From IMG/VR virus record IMGVR_UViG_3300013936_000023, positions 10,757 to 74,756 of that record: a DNA stretch of 64,000 nucleotides. One strand, given 5' to 3'. Under the pieces are notes generated by a model. It was not told the DNA's origin, did not search any database, and was given only the letters and a program-made list of their open reading frames with translations. Each line of letters opens with the position of its first letter. The stretch's first letter is position 1. The translations under genes were made by a program, and so were the position numbers. This stretch comes from a virus. Lineage: Duplodnaviria > Caudoviricetes. Of the stretch, positions 20,129-29,522 are shown piece by piece.

Positions 20129-20577
20129 TGGCAACAAGAGAAGAAATGGTGAGAACGCTTGATGAGTTTTGCGACGGGCAAGAAAAATGCAGTGTCTGTT
20201 TGCTTAATAAATTTTCTTGCTCAAACGGCGATTCCTGGGACTTTGACGAATGGTCTGATGACAAGTTGGCAATCGCGTATGACCACGTACGCAAGAACGG
20301 CGAAACTCGTCTGGATAGTAGTCATCTGAAAGAACAGAGCGACAAGCCTGATGAGGCATACGATGTGGTCTCTCGTCCGAAGCATTACAATCAAGGCGGC
20401 ATCGAGTGCATCGAGTGCATCAAAGCGGCTGTTACCAATAAGGTTGGAATTGAAGCCGTTTGTGTTGCCAATGTAATTAAATACCTTTTTCGCTATGAAG
20501 AAAAGAACGGCGTAGAGGATGTGCACAAAGCTAAGTGGTATATTGACAGATTGTTGAAGGAGATGGAGGAAAAATGA
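20128..20577 (+). CDS. DUF3310-type phage protein
   Basis: VSRPKHYNQGGIECIECI...NVIKYLFRYEEKNGVEDVHKAKWY signature. Confidence 0.75.
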   Translation: MATREEMVRTLDEFCDGQEKCSVCLLNKFSCSNGDSWDFDEWSDDKLAIAYDHVRKNGETRLDSSHLKEQSDKPDEAYDVVSRPKHYNQGGIECIECIKAAVTNKVGIEAVCVANVIKYLFRYEEKNGVEDVHKAKWYIDRLLKEMEEK

Positions 20578-21047
20578 TGTGGCCGTGGATTCTGGTTGGT
20601 GCTCTGGCTTGGCAGCTCGTCACGACGATTGTTGCCATTGTGGATGAGGATGAGGTTTGCCCGAGCTTGGTTGTTGGCGGCGGTATTCCTGCTTGCATCG
20701 TCATGGGGTTCTGTTGGTGTTGCCGTAAGGTTATCAAAGCCATCAATGGACGAAGATACGTCTCCATGTTGGTCAAGGACGACGAGGCTTGGTATTGCAC
20801 ATCAAATGATGATATGTGCGGCAAGTTAATGTATATGTTTGGTTATCAATGGAACGACACGTTTCGGAGCAAGTATAAACCAGAGGATGGTTGGCGTAAG
20901 CAAGATTGCAATTTTGGCGTAATAAACGTCCGCTATACGCCAATCAAGATTGCTAAGGCTGAAGGCGCAAAACCTGTACCGAAGGAAATTATCGCAGAGG
21001 TACAGAGAAGACACGACGAGGAAGAGTTTTTCGTCAACCCCGTCTAA
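20574..21047 (+). CDS. hypothetical membrane protein
   Basis: Two hydrophobic N-terminal segments. Confidence 0.55.
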   Translation: MMWPWILVGALAWQLVTTIVAIVDEDEVCPSLVVGGGIPACIVMGFCWCCRKVIKAINGRRYVSMLVKDDEAWYCTSNDDMCGKLMYMFGYQWNDTFRSKYKPEDGWRKQDCNFGVINVRYTPIKIAKAEGAKPVPKEIIAEVQRRHDEEEFFVNPV

Positions 21048-22005
21048 ACCATCTCGGCGGATTTTTGATCATATTGTATTGAATAAATTCTTGGCGCTGG
21101 TTATTGGTGCAAACCGCATCAAGCTGGGTAGTGCCAAGAATTTTTCTTTTTGCCTCGGCGTTGATAAGCTCGATTTGCCCAATGCGCTCCTTGACGATTC
21201 TTAGCATAGCGTCGACATCCTCGGCTTTCATCGGATAAAGGATTAACACAGAGCGAATATGATGATAGCCCTCTGTCGCAAATTCTTGCTGGGTCAACTC
21301 GGCGAGTTTATCTTCAAATTGATTCCACTTGGCTTCTGGCATCCATTTGATATCAGCGTCCATAGCATAGTCAACGTGGTGAACTTCCTTAAGCGCGTTA
21401 ACCCAAACCCTCTGGCAACGTTGTTCCATCTTGCTTCCAGTTTCCACGTTGCGATACATGGTATATTCTACGCCGTCAATCTCTTGGAGATAGTAAAGAC
21501 GAAATCCGCGCTTCTTGAGAATGAGGCGTCTGACATCCATAGAGTCAATTTTGCGTGCCGTCCACTTATGCAGGATGCGATAGACGACTTTTCCCATGTC
21601 TGCCATGTAAACAAAGTTCCGGTTGATGGCGGCAAGTTGGCGCGGATTGAATGTATAAGAGAAGTTGTCGTTGACCTCTTGGAACAGCTTCAGCATCTCG
21701 GTGTTGGAAAGATAGAGCGGCTTATACTCGTTGTCTTTGAACGCCTCATACAGCGCGGCATCAAAGAGCAACTGTTGCTCTGGCGAGTCTAAGCTCTTCA
21801 TCAGCTCGACAAGCTCGTCGGCATAAACTTCTTTGACAAGATAGCGATGCGTGCCTTGGACGCGCTCAAGGTCGCAATATTTTTCAAACTCTTTCATCTG
21901 GGCCACCTTTGATTTGCCGTTCTTAATTGGTTCGCCAAGAGTTTGACAAAGCTCTTTGTAGCTGACTTCGCGGCCTTCCAGCTGCTTTAATTTATTATTC
22001 GGCAT
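21034..22005 (-). CDS. hypothetical protein, possibly DNA-binding/replication-related
   Basis: Start at ATG 22005 after AAGGAGGGG; lone - strand gene next to a large non-coding region. Confidence 0.6.
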   Translation of the reverse strand: MPNNKLKQLEGREVSYKELCQTLGEPIKNGKSKVAQMKEFEKYCDLERVQGTHRYLVKEVYADELVELMKSLDSPEQQLLFDAALYEAFKDNEYKPLYLSNTEMLKLFQEVNDNFSYTFNPRQLAAINRNFVYMADMGKVVYRILHKWTARKIDSMDVRRLILKKRGFRLYYLQEIDGVEYTMYRNVETGSKMEQRCQRVWVNALKEVHHVDYAMDADIKWMPEAKWNQFEDKLAELTQQEFATEGYHHIRSVLILYPMKAEDVDAMLRIVKERIGQIELINAEAKRKILGTTQLDAVCTNNQRQEFIQYNMIKNPPRWFRRG

Positions 22006-22113
22006 CTTTCGCCCCTCCTTAAAATTTGGCTCTTTTTCAAAATTTGGCTCTCCAATGGGCATTGATTATAGTACTACTATATCCCACAAAAGAGCCAAAT
22101 TTTTTTCACCATG

Positions 22114-22142
22114 ATTATATCAGATTTGAGCTGAGATGTCAA
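22114..22142 (-). promoter_or_regulatory. sigmaA promoter
   Basis: TTGACA-N17-TATAAT on - strand. Confidence 0.75.
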
Positions 22143-22149
22143 TAGGGTA

Positions 22150-22870
22150 TGTAATAATATTTTTAGATTTTGACGTGTTTGATATTTTTACTGATTGGCT
22201 TGAAATCATTGGTATGATTACAAGTGTGGGCTTTGTTAGTGCTACAAGCGATAATGCAACCGATAGGTGCTTTCTGCTCCGATTCCCAGCCCCATGTTAA
22301 ACACCTCTAATATACAGAATAATACTTATTATAAGGTGAATACTGTTGCTTTTGCAACATTCTGGATAAATAGTCCAAAGTCGGACTGTCAACCGGCTTG
22401 ACTATATCGGCAACCGATATACATAGACGCTCTATACATTACGCGTTGTGCTCATGTTGGTATTACAAATAGCAATCGCCCATCAATACAACCTGTAATC
22501 CCTTTACCATTACTATCTGTAATATATCTCTATTACTCTATGTAATACAATACTATCCATGCCATACCATCATAGCATCATCACTACTATGCAATAATGT
22601 AATACTATTATATATCTTCATGGCTATAACAATAGTAAACATCTATTTACTATCAATCAATCTACTAACTAAATAGGTTGTTATGCGGGCGAGCATAGCG
22701 AGCACGCCGACGCCGATAGGCGGCGAAGCGTCGCAGACGTAGTACTATAGCAGCCGTCCAACATACAAGCGCGGCATAGCATCTCAACGCCTTTATTATA
22801 TTATATATATGTATACTCTATGCGTTAGTCATCATGCACAACTAAACTATAAATCTTTTGTGCAATATTC
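22150..22870. other. AT-rich non-coding region, candidate origin/terminus region
   Basis: No ORFs; G-poor + strand with imperfect TACTAT/ATTAC repeats and a GC-rich hairpin at 22684-22738. Confidence 0.4.
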
Positions 22871-22960
22871 CGTCTTGCAAAATACTATTGATGATGCTAT
22901 ACTCAAATCATCGAAAGGCAAAACAACAAAATCAAATCAAAAAGAATTTTGAAAAACCTC

Positions 22961-22989
22961 TTGACAAAACCAAAAACCTGTGATATTGT
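22961..22989 (+). promoter_or_regulatory. sigmaA early promoter
   Basis: TTGACA-N17-TATTGT; a second candidate TTGCAA-N17-TATACT lies near 22875-22903. Confidence 0.6.
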
Positions 22990-23022
22990 AAATACAACGA
23001 AAGACGAAAGGAAAACAAAAAC

Positions 23023-23121
23023 ATGAAAAACTGGAAACGCGACAACTTCTGTGCAACGGTCGAACTAATCCTTATTGTATTAAGTTTTTTCGTCGTAGCC
23101 TATCTTGAAACGAACTGGTAA
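23023..23121 (+). CDS. small hydrophobic peptide (32 aa)
   Basis: MKNWKRDNFCATVELILIVLSFFVVAYLETNW after GAAAGGAAA. Confidence 0.45.
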   Translation: MKNWKRDNFCATVELILIVLSFFVVAYLETNW

Positions 23122-23200
23122 AGCCTAAAGAGTTCTAAAGGGCAGCTCTATAAAAGCCCTATTCCATTCAATTTTTTTTATTAAAAGGAGAACAAAAAAC

Positions 23201-23455
23201 ATGAAAATCTATTCTGAAAAGTCTCTGAACGATCTTGAGTTTTGGAACGGTGCGCGTGATACTGTCAAGTATCTGACTTCTGACGAAATTAACCAGATCG
23301 AACAGAATCTTGAAGATCTTTATCCGGACGGCATGGACGAAACGGAAGTTAATGATTTCTTTTGGTTTGAAAACAATACTATCGCGGAATGGCTCGGCTA
23401 TAATTCTTTTGAAGACATTATGAACCGCGAAGAGGCCGAAAATAACGAAGAGTAA
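23201..23455 (+). CDS. small acidic early protein
   Basis: 84 aa, SD AAGGAG. Confidence 0.7.
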   Translation: MKIYSEKSLNDLEFWNGARDTVKYLTSDEINQIEQNLEDLYPDGMDETEVNDFFWFENNTIAEWLGYNSFEDIMNREEAENNEE

Positions 23456-23536
23456 ACCGCGCGGGCTCTCTAAGCCGTTCGAGCCTTTAATCGAGCGGCA
23501 TTCCATTCAAAATTTTTAATAAAGGAGATTAAAAGT

Positions 23537-23725
23537 ATGAAAATAGATAAAAAAAATATGTATGTTGCATATCCGACATTTTGCAAAAATCCGCGCGAAA
23601 CATTGATTATTTTTGCTGATGATTGTTGCGAAGCGCGCATAAAAGCAAATAAATTTTACGGCCATAGCTTTGTAAATGTCAGACCGCTTGAGAAAACAAA
23701 AGACAAGTATGTTTATAAATTTTAA
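23537..23725 (+). CDS. small early protein
   Basis: 62 aa, SD AAGGAG. Confidence 0.6.
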   Translation: MKIDKKNMYVAYPTFCKNPRETLIIFADDCCEARIKANKFYGHSFVNVRPLEKTKDKYVYKF

Positions 23726-23741
23726 TAAAGGAGATTAAAAA

Positions 23742-23969
23742 ATGCTGACAATGGACAAAATCTGCGCTACACTGAAGGCGCACGGAATTATTTTTGAAAA
23801 GCGCAACGGTGAACAGGTGAAGGAATTTTGTTGTTATTGCTATGCTTATTCTGACGCTTGCGACGTTATCCGCTGGACTTCTGACGCGGGCGCGTGGTAC
23901 CTGATAGACCCCGCCGGGAATAGTGAGAAGCTGACGGTTAACGGCCTGAAGGCGTGGTTAGGATATTAA
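23742..23969 (+). CDS. small early protein
   Basis: 75 aa, SD AAGGAG. Confidence 0.65.
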   Translation: MLTMDKICATLKAHGIIFEKRNGEQVKEFCCYCYAYSDACDVIRWTSDAGAWYLIDPAGNSEKLTVNGLKAWLGY

Positions 23970-23985
23970 AGAGGAGGTAAAACAG

Positions 23986-24294
23986 ATGTTTTATTATTGC
24001 GAGTATGCCAACGGTACGCGCTATGTTCGCGCCCATGACGAAAAGAAGCACGGAGCACCGCGCGTCGTGTCGCCCGACCTTACATTTCTTTTCCATGGTG
24101 CTGTCAGTACGTGCCGCGTCTATAGCACGGAAATGGAAGCACTCGAGGCATGGGGCAAGTATAGCAATAAGCCTGTCATTATGCCCGACGGTAACACGGT
24201 CACGCCTGCGCGTTATTTTGGTGTAAAGCGCATCGAAGATATATTTATTCCATGGTCCGACGTAAAGGGCGAACGTTGGCCAGGTGAATATTAA
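23986..24294 (+). CDS. small early protein
   Basis: 102 aa, SD GAGGAGGT. Confidence 0.65.
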   Translation: MFYYCEYANGTRYVRAHDEKKHGAPRVVSPDLTFLFHGAVSTCRVYSTEMEALEAWGKYSNKPVIMPDGNTVTPARYFGVKRIEDIFIPWSDVKGERWPGEY

Positions 24295-24304
24295 ATAACC
24301 CTAT

Positions 24305-24343
24305 GAAGCCCGTAGAATGACCGCTGCGGGCTTTTTCTTTTTG
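24305..24343 (+). terminator. rho-independent terminator
   Basis: AAGCCCG...CGGGCTT followed by TTTCTTTTT. Confidence 0.75.
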
Positions 24344-24879
24344 CCCGTGTACTTTATACCCCTTGCGCCTTGCGTGTGCGTGTGCGGCCTCTCAGAGCCA
24401 TTTACAGCGGTTCACGCTATGCCTTGCCAGTTGCTATGTATGCAGCGGGCTTTTCATTGTGCTCTGCGCTTTACTATGGTAGCATGACAACATACACAAG
24501 CGGAGTGAATATCCAAACCGACATTCACTTTACCACAGTAACACAGCGGCATGACAACGTGATAAAACCTACCTGTTAGATGGGTTGATTCTGCCAGCGA
24601 TATAGTCTTGTGCGCACGTCAATTACGGATTGCGTCATTTTCGCCAGATATACCTATTGCGTTAGTGTGTTTATGCAGCAGCTCGGTCTGTCCAGCTCTC
24701 CTTGCGTTACTCGTGCAAACGGATTTGCCGCAGCGTCTCTCACGTTACCTCTCATGCGCGTTTCGCCCGCGATATGGATATAGTATATGCTGGCGGCTAA
24801 CATGGCTCAGAGCGGCCTTTAATTGTCTTGGCGGCATGGTTTATGTCCACACAAGGCTTGGCCTCAATAAAATTCATAC

Positions 24880-24908
24880 TTGACAAGTTCGTTTGGTTGT
24901 GCTATGCT
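24880..24908 (+). promoter_or_regulatory. sigmaA promoter
   Basis: TTGACA-N17-TATGCT. Confidence 0.55.
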
Positions 24909-25292
24909 CGCATTAAGTAAATAGAAGAGACAGGTATCTATTGACTCATCGTTTAATAGATTAATAGATGTACACGCAGCTCAATGCCAAATGCGTGTAG
25001 AATCTAAATAAACAATCAGCAAATCAAAGCCGATTTGCAACGCCATGGCTCAATTGGTATATGGATGCACCCAAAGCAATTCTTTACTAAATTGATTCGA
25101 TTTTACCATTGTTTATGTTGTGTTTTGCTTTCTAATAATATTGCGATTGACATTACGATTGCATGGATGCAATGAATCAAAAAATGAAAATTGACGTGTG
25201 AGCTGTGAAACGAGATTTGATTTTTCTCTTTTGGAAAATTGAAATTAAAACGGCGATTCAAAAATTTGAATTTAAGAAATGGGGAATGGAAT

Positions 25293-25979
25293 TTGAATGT
25301 AAAGATTCTAATGCCGGAGGTAAATCCAAAATCGTTTATTGACGATTACCTCTACAAAATGGGAATTGAATATCCGCAATCCTATATGAATGTATGGCGA
25401 AGTCATCTGGAAGAACCGAATCGATATTTGAATATTGATGAGGCAACCAGTCGGCTAAACCAAGCAATCAGGAATGCCGAATGCGTGGGCGTTATCCAAG
25501 ATTGTGATGTTGATGGGCTATGCTCAGCGGTCATTGCCTATCAATTTCTAAAATCGAATGGCGTAGAGCCAATTGTATTTTTCCATTCAGGCAAGCAGCA
25601 TGGTATCAACGACCTGATGCCGCAAATCAAAGATGCAAATTTGGATTTGCTTATTGTTCCGGACGCAAGCGGGAAAGCTGAAGAATGTAAGACGCTGAAA
25701 GATAATGGTTGTGATGTAATCATAGCGGACCACCACGAATACGATTTCGATTCAAATCCATTTGCAATTATTGTGAATTGTAAGCAACAAGAAACGACAA
25801 ATCAAAAAGCCAGCGGCGCATTAGTGATGCAAAAAATCGTGGACAGATTTTACGAAAGATATGACGGCAAGAAAGAAAATGACTGTGGAGATTTGGTTGG
25901 GTTGTCAATCCTCAGTGATTCTATGAGTGTTCTTGAAATTGAAAATCGAGCATATCTAAACATAATGATGAGAGGCTGA
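25293..25979 (+). CDS. recJ: RecJ-like ssDNA exonuclease, N-terminal (DHH) fragment
   Basis: DCDVDG, HGIN, IVPDA, ADHH, SGA and SDSM motifs of the DHH family. Confidence 0.8.
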   Translation: MNVKILMPEVNPKSFIDDYLYKMGIEYPQSYMNVWRSHLEEPNRYLNIDEATSRLNQAIRNAECVGVIQDCDVDGLCSAVIAYQFLKSNGVEPIVFFHSGKQHGINDLMPQIKDANLDLLIVPDASGKAEECKTLKDNGCDVIIADHHEYDFDSNPFAIIVNCKQQETTNQKASGALVMQKIVDRFYERYDGKKENDCGDLVGLSILSDSMSVLEIENRAYLNIMMRG

Positions 25980-25984
25980 TTCTA

Positions 25985-26500
25985 ATGGCACACTTTAATA
26001 AACGATATAATCGCTATGATTTAAGCGGAGATTATGGCGTTGGTTACACCAGTAAAGGTGAAGAGTTTTATTTTGATTTAGAAGACTACGATAAAATTAA
26101 AGATTATTGTTGGGTAATTTCAAAAACCACGGATACCGTTTGTGCCAGAATGTGCGGAACGAATAAGTTAATCGTAATGCACCGTCTCGTTATGGACGTT
26201 GTAAATGCTGGTCGCAATGTTCAGGTTGACCACATTCATCACAATCGCCACGACAACAGAAAATCGGAATTGAGAATCTGTAATAATTCTCAAAATTCTA
26301 TGAATAAAGGTTTACAATCAAACAATACGTCGGGAGTTGCTGGCGTAAGCTGGGATGAGAAAGATAAACTTTGGCACGCATATATCCAGAAAAATCACGA
26401 AAGAACATCGAGATGGTTTAAGAATTATGACGATGCCGTTGCATGGAGATTGGAAATGCAAAAGAAAATTTTTGGAGAATATGAATATGTTGAGCATTGA
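25985..26500 (+). CDS. HNH-AP2 homing endonuclease inserted in recJ
   Basis: MHRLVM...VDHIHHNRHDNRKSELR...SGVAGVSW...AVAWR. Confidence 0.85.
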   Translation: MAHFNKRYNRYDLSGDYGVGYTSKGEEFYFDLEDYDKIKDYCWVISKTTDTVCARMCGTNKLIVMHRLVMDVVNAGRNVQVDHIHHNRHDNRKSELRICNNSQNSMNKGLQSNNTSGVAGVSWDEKDKLWHAYIQKNHERTSRWFKNYDDAVAWRLEMQKKIFGEYEYVEH

Positions 26501-26545
26501 GAATCGAGCATATTTGAATTTGGGATTTGGAGGAGGTTGGCCAAA

Positions 26546-27493
26546 ATGACGAATGGGTTTTTGAACCTCTGCGTTGAAAAGAAACTCGGCAAGAAGCCGC
26601 TCGTTCCCCACAACCTAAGCTTCAGCCTCATTCCCTATCTCAACGCCGTCTGCCGCTCTAATAATCAAGATGCAAAACGGGCGCTGTTTATGGCGTTTGC
26701 TAAAGGCGAGAATGAAGCTGAAGCCCTCAAGCAGATGAATGCGGCATATCGTGTCCAGCGCGAGACGATGACGCGCATGGTTGAGGAGTTGAGCCGACAA
26801 GCAGATGGTCAAGTTGAGCGCGGCGACAAGATTTTGTTCGTGCGCATGGCGAATGATGACAAAGAATATGGTGGGCTTGCGGCAAACAAATTAAAATCCA
26901 AATATGGGCTTCCCGTGGTTTGTCTGCGGGAGGCCGACCCAAACAACTGGTCTGGCTCTGTGCGTTCGGATTGCGACACACTGGATGCCATGAACGTAAC
27001 GGGGCTGGCCAAATGCCAAGGTCATAAGAGCGCACATGGCATCATGGTACGCAAAGCCGTGTTTGATGAATTTCGCGCATGGGCAAATGAGCAAGATTGG
27101 AATCCGCAAGAGCTGACGGCAACTGCCGAGCTGACCGTAGATGATATTACACTTGAGCTTTGCGAGCTGCTGGATAGCTCGGCATGGCTTTGGGCTAACG
27201 ATTTGCCAGCGCCGACATTCTATTGCAAATTTGAAATTCCGCGTGGCGCAAGCGTGCTATGTGGAGCTGCTGGCAACTGCTTCAGATATACGCCGTTCAT
27301 CAAATTTGGATGCAATGAGCGCGAGGTTGAGCGGCTGACGGCAGACCATGCTCGTACTATCGAGGCGATTGTTGAGCTGACGGTCAACGAGTACATGGGC
27401 GTTCGTTATCCTCAAGCGCGTATTGTAGATTGGGAAATTCATGTTGAACAGCCGCAGGAAGAAAATTTTGATTTTGGTGCAATTTTTTCTTGA
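26546..27493 (+). CDS. recJ: RecJ-like exonuclease, C-terminal (DHHA1/OB) fragment
   Basis: LIPYLNAVCR, GLAANKL, WSGSVRS, GHKSAHG; new SD GGAGGAGG 9 nt before ATG 26546. Confidence 0.8.
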   Translation: MTNGFLNLCVEKKLGKKPLVPHNLSFSLIPYLNAVCRSNNQDAKRALFMAFAKGENEAEALKQMNAAYRVQRETMTRMVEELSRQADGQVERGDKILFVRMANDDKEYGGLAANKLKSKYGLPVVCLREADPNNWSGSVRSDCDTLDAMNVTGLAKCQGHKSAHGIMVRKAVFDEFRAWANEQDWNPQELTATAELTVDDITLELCELLDSSAWLWANDLPAPTFYCKFEIPRGASVLCGAAGNCFRYTPFIKFGCNEREVERLTADHARTIEAIVELTVNEYMGVRYPQARIVDWEIHVEQPQEENFDFGAIFS

Positions 27494-27518
27494 CAAGCGC
27501 GATGGTGTGTGTTATATT
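27490..27518 (+). promoter_or_regulatory. sigmaA promoter
   Basis: TTGACA-N17-TATATT. Confidence 0.6.
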
Positions 27519-27550
27519 TTAATCATCAACTAAAGCAAAGGAGATTTAAG

Positions 27551-28453
27551 ATGGACATTAAGGAAATTCTTAAAAAGCATAAGATGTGGCTTAACAACGA
27601 GATTGGTGGAAAGCGAGCAAACCTGCGTGATGCAGACCTGTGGGGTGCAGACTTGTGTGGCGTAAACCTGCGTGATGCAGACCTGCGTGGTGCAAACCTG
27701 CGTGGTGCAGACCTGAGTGGTGCAAACCTGTGGGATGCAGACCTGAGTGGTGCAGACCTGTGTTGTGCAGACCTGCGTGGTGCAAACCTGCGTGGTGCAA
27801 ACCTGCGTGGTGCAAACCTGTGGGATGCAAGCCTGCGTGATGCAGACCTGCGTGGTGCAAGCCTGCGTGATGCAGACCTGCGTGGTGCAAGCCTGCGTGA
27901 TGCAGACCTGTGTGGTGCAGACCTGCGTGGCGTAAACCTGCGTGATGCAGACCTGTGGGGTGCAGACTTGTGTTGTGCAGACCTGTGGGGTGCAGACCTG
28001 TGTTGTGCAGACCTGCGTGGTGCAGACCTGCGTGATGCAGACCTGCGTGGTGCAAGCCTGCGTGGTGCAAACCTGCGTGGTGCAAAAAACCTCGATAACG
28101 TTACATGGTCGATTTATACGGCATTTTATCCGCTTCAGTGTCCAGAAGAAGGAGAGTATATCGCATGGAAAAAGGCTCATGGCAAGATTGTCAAACTTAA
28201 AATTACGGAATCAGCAAAGCGTTCTTCTGCAGTATCTCGAAAATGTAGGGCAAGCGAAGCATTGGTTCTTGACATCCAATCTATTGACGGAATGGAACAT
28301 CTTGAATCGGTTGCAAGTGATAGAGATTCTAATTTCATCTATCGTGTTGGCGAAATTGTTCGAGTAAATGATTTCGACGAAGATAGATGGAATGAGTGCT
28401 CGACTGGAATTCATCATTTTATCACTCGTGAAGAAGCTGTGAAATACAACTAA
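27551..28453 (+). CDS. pentapeptide-repeat protein with DUF5758-like C-terminal domain
   Basis: A(D/N/S)L(R/W/C/S)(G/D/C) repeats; C-terminal KCRAS...FDEDRWNECSTGIHHF. Confidence 0.85.
   Translation: MDIKEILKKHKMWLNNEIGGKRANLRDADLWGADLCGVNLRDADLRGANLRGADLSGANLWDADLSGADLCCADLRGANLRGANLRGANLWDASLRDADLRGASLRDADLRGASLRDADLCGADLRGVNLRDADLWGADLCCADLWGADLCCADLRGADLRDADLRGASLRGANLRGAKNLDNVTWSIYTAFYPLQCPEEGEYIAWKKAHGKIVKLKITESAKRSSAVSRKCRASEALVLDIQSIDGMEHLESVASDRDSNFIYRVGEIVRVNDFDEDRWNECSTGIHHFITREEAVKYN
27617..28085 (+). repeat. 15-bp tandem coding repeat
   Basis: About 30 units of GTGCAGACCTGCGTG-like sequence. Confidence 0.9.
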
Positions 28454-28465
28454 GGAGAATCCATA

Positions 28466-28660
28466 ATGAACAAGAACCCCTGTTTCAAATGCGCAGACCG
28501 TTGTGTGGGTTGCCATGGCTCATGCGAGCGATATAGCGAATGGCGTAAAGCATATGAATCCAATGCCAACATCGTTCGCGAATCCAAGGCAAGAGCTACA
28601 GATTATCTTGCGGCTCGCCGTCAGCTTCAATTTACCAATACGGCAAAGTGGGGTGTGTGA
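28466..28660 (+). CDS. small Cys-rich hypothetical protein
   Basis: PCFKCADRCVGCHGSCERY; SD AAGGAG. Confidence 0.65.
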   Translation: MNKNPCFKCADRCVGCHGSCERYSEWRKAYESNANIVRESKARATDYLAARRQLQFTNTAKWGV

Positions 28661-29244
28661 TGGTGAGAGGCGAAAGAATCATGGTTGGAGCGATTGGCGT
28701 CTTGACTGTTGCAAGTATCGGCATTGGTTGCCGTGCGTATATGCTCAAGCCTGAGTTGCACGACGTATCGGCTGACCGCGTAACGTCCATGCCGGAGCCG
28801 ATCTGGAAGCCAGAGTATGACATCCCGACAATTGAGTATGCGTACATCACGGATGAGCAACTGGAGGCAATCGAGGCTCAGGAGGCTCAGAGCATCGAGG
28901 ATGCGCTGTTGGCTCAGGCGACCAAGATTGACAATGTGACCGTGACGCATTACTGCACGTGTAAGAAATGTTGTGGTAAGTCGCCTGACCATCCGGCATA
29001 TGGCATCACGGCGTCGGGTCGCAAAGCCACGCCATACGTCACGGTTGCTGTTGACCCATCTGTGATTCCGCTTGGCTTCGATGTGCTGGTGGATTATGGC
29101 GATGGTGTGATTGAATACTATCGCGCGGACGATACTGGTTCAGGTGTTGGCGGCAGACATATCGACCTTTGCGTTTCGAGCCATGATGAGGCAATCAATC
29201 TTGGTGTAAGAACGGCAACGGTTTATGTTGTGCCGCAGGAATAA
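28660..29244 (+). CDS. membrane-anchored 3D-domain (peptidoglycan-acting) protein
   Basis: N-terminal TM; VTHY...GITASG...VAVDPSVIPLG...ADDTGSGVGGRHIDL. Confidence 0.8.
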   Translation: MVRGERIMVGAIGVLTVASIGIGCRAYMLKPELHDVSADRVTSMPEPIWKPEYDIPTIEYAYITDEQLEAIEAQEAQSIEDALLAQATKIDNVTVTHYCTCKKCCGKSPDHPAYGITASGRKATPYVTVAVDPSVIPLGFDVLVDYGDGVIEYYRADDTGSGVGGRHIDLCVSSHDEAINLGVRTATVYVVPQE

Positions 29245-29255
29245 GGAGGAGCAAG

Positions 29256-29522
29256 ATGCAAGAAACTTGTGTCGAATTTATCAAGGGCGAATCAACGCTG
29301 TCATGGTATAGCTCTGATAGCAAATGGATTACGCGTATGGTGCAGCTTGCCAATGAGCGGCCTGATGAGGTCAAGATTATTTGTAAGGATGAAGACGGGC
29401 TGATGGTACATTGTCCAGCATCGTGGTTCAAGCCGCCTAAGCCGCCTATTAAGCGCGAACTTACACCTGAACAGCGAGCAGAAGCAGCGGCACGACTCAA
29501 AGCCGCTCGTGAATCCAGATAA
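29256..29522 (+). CDS. hypothetical protein
   Basis: 88 aa, SD AAGGAGGAG. Confidence 0.7.
   Translation: MQETCVEFIKGESTLSWYSSDSKWITRMVQLANERPDEVKIICKDEDGLMVHCPASWFKPPKPPIKRELTPEQRAEAAARLKAARESR

Noticed and set aside
27530-28180. Repetitive antisense ORFs (TTQVC, HHAGL) and possible CRISPR-like array
   Set aside because: They are reverse-frame readings of the pentapeptide repeat; the units are contiguous with no unique spacers.
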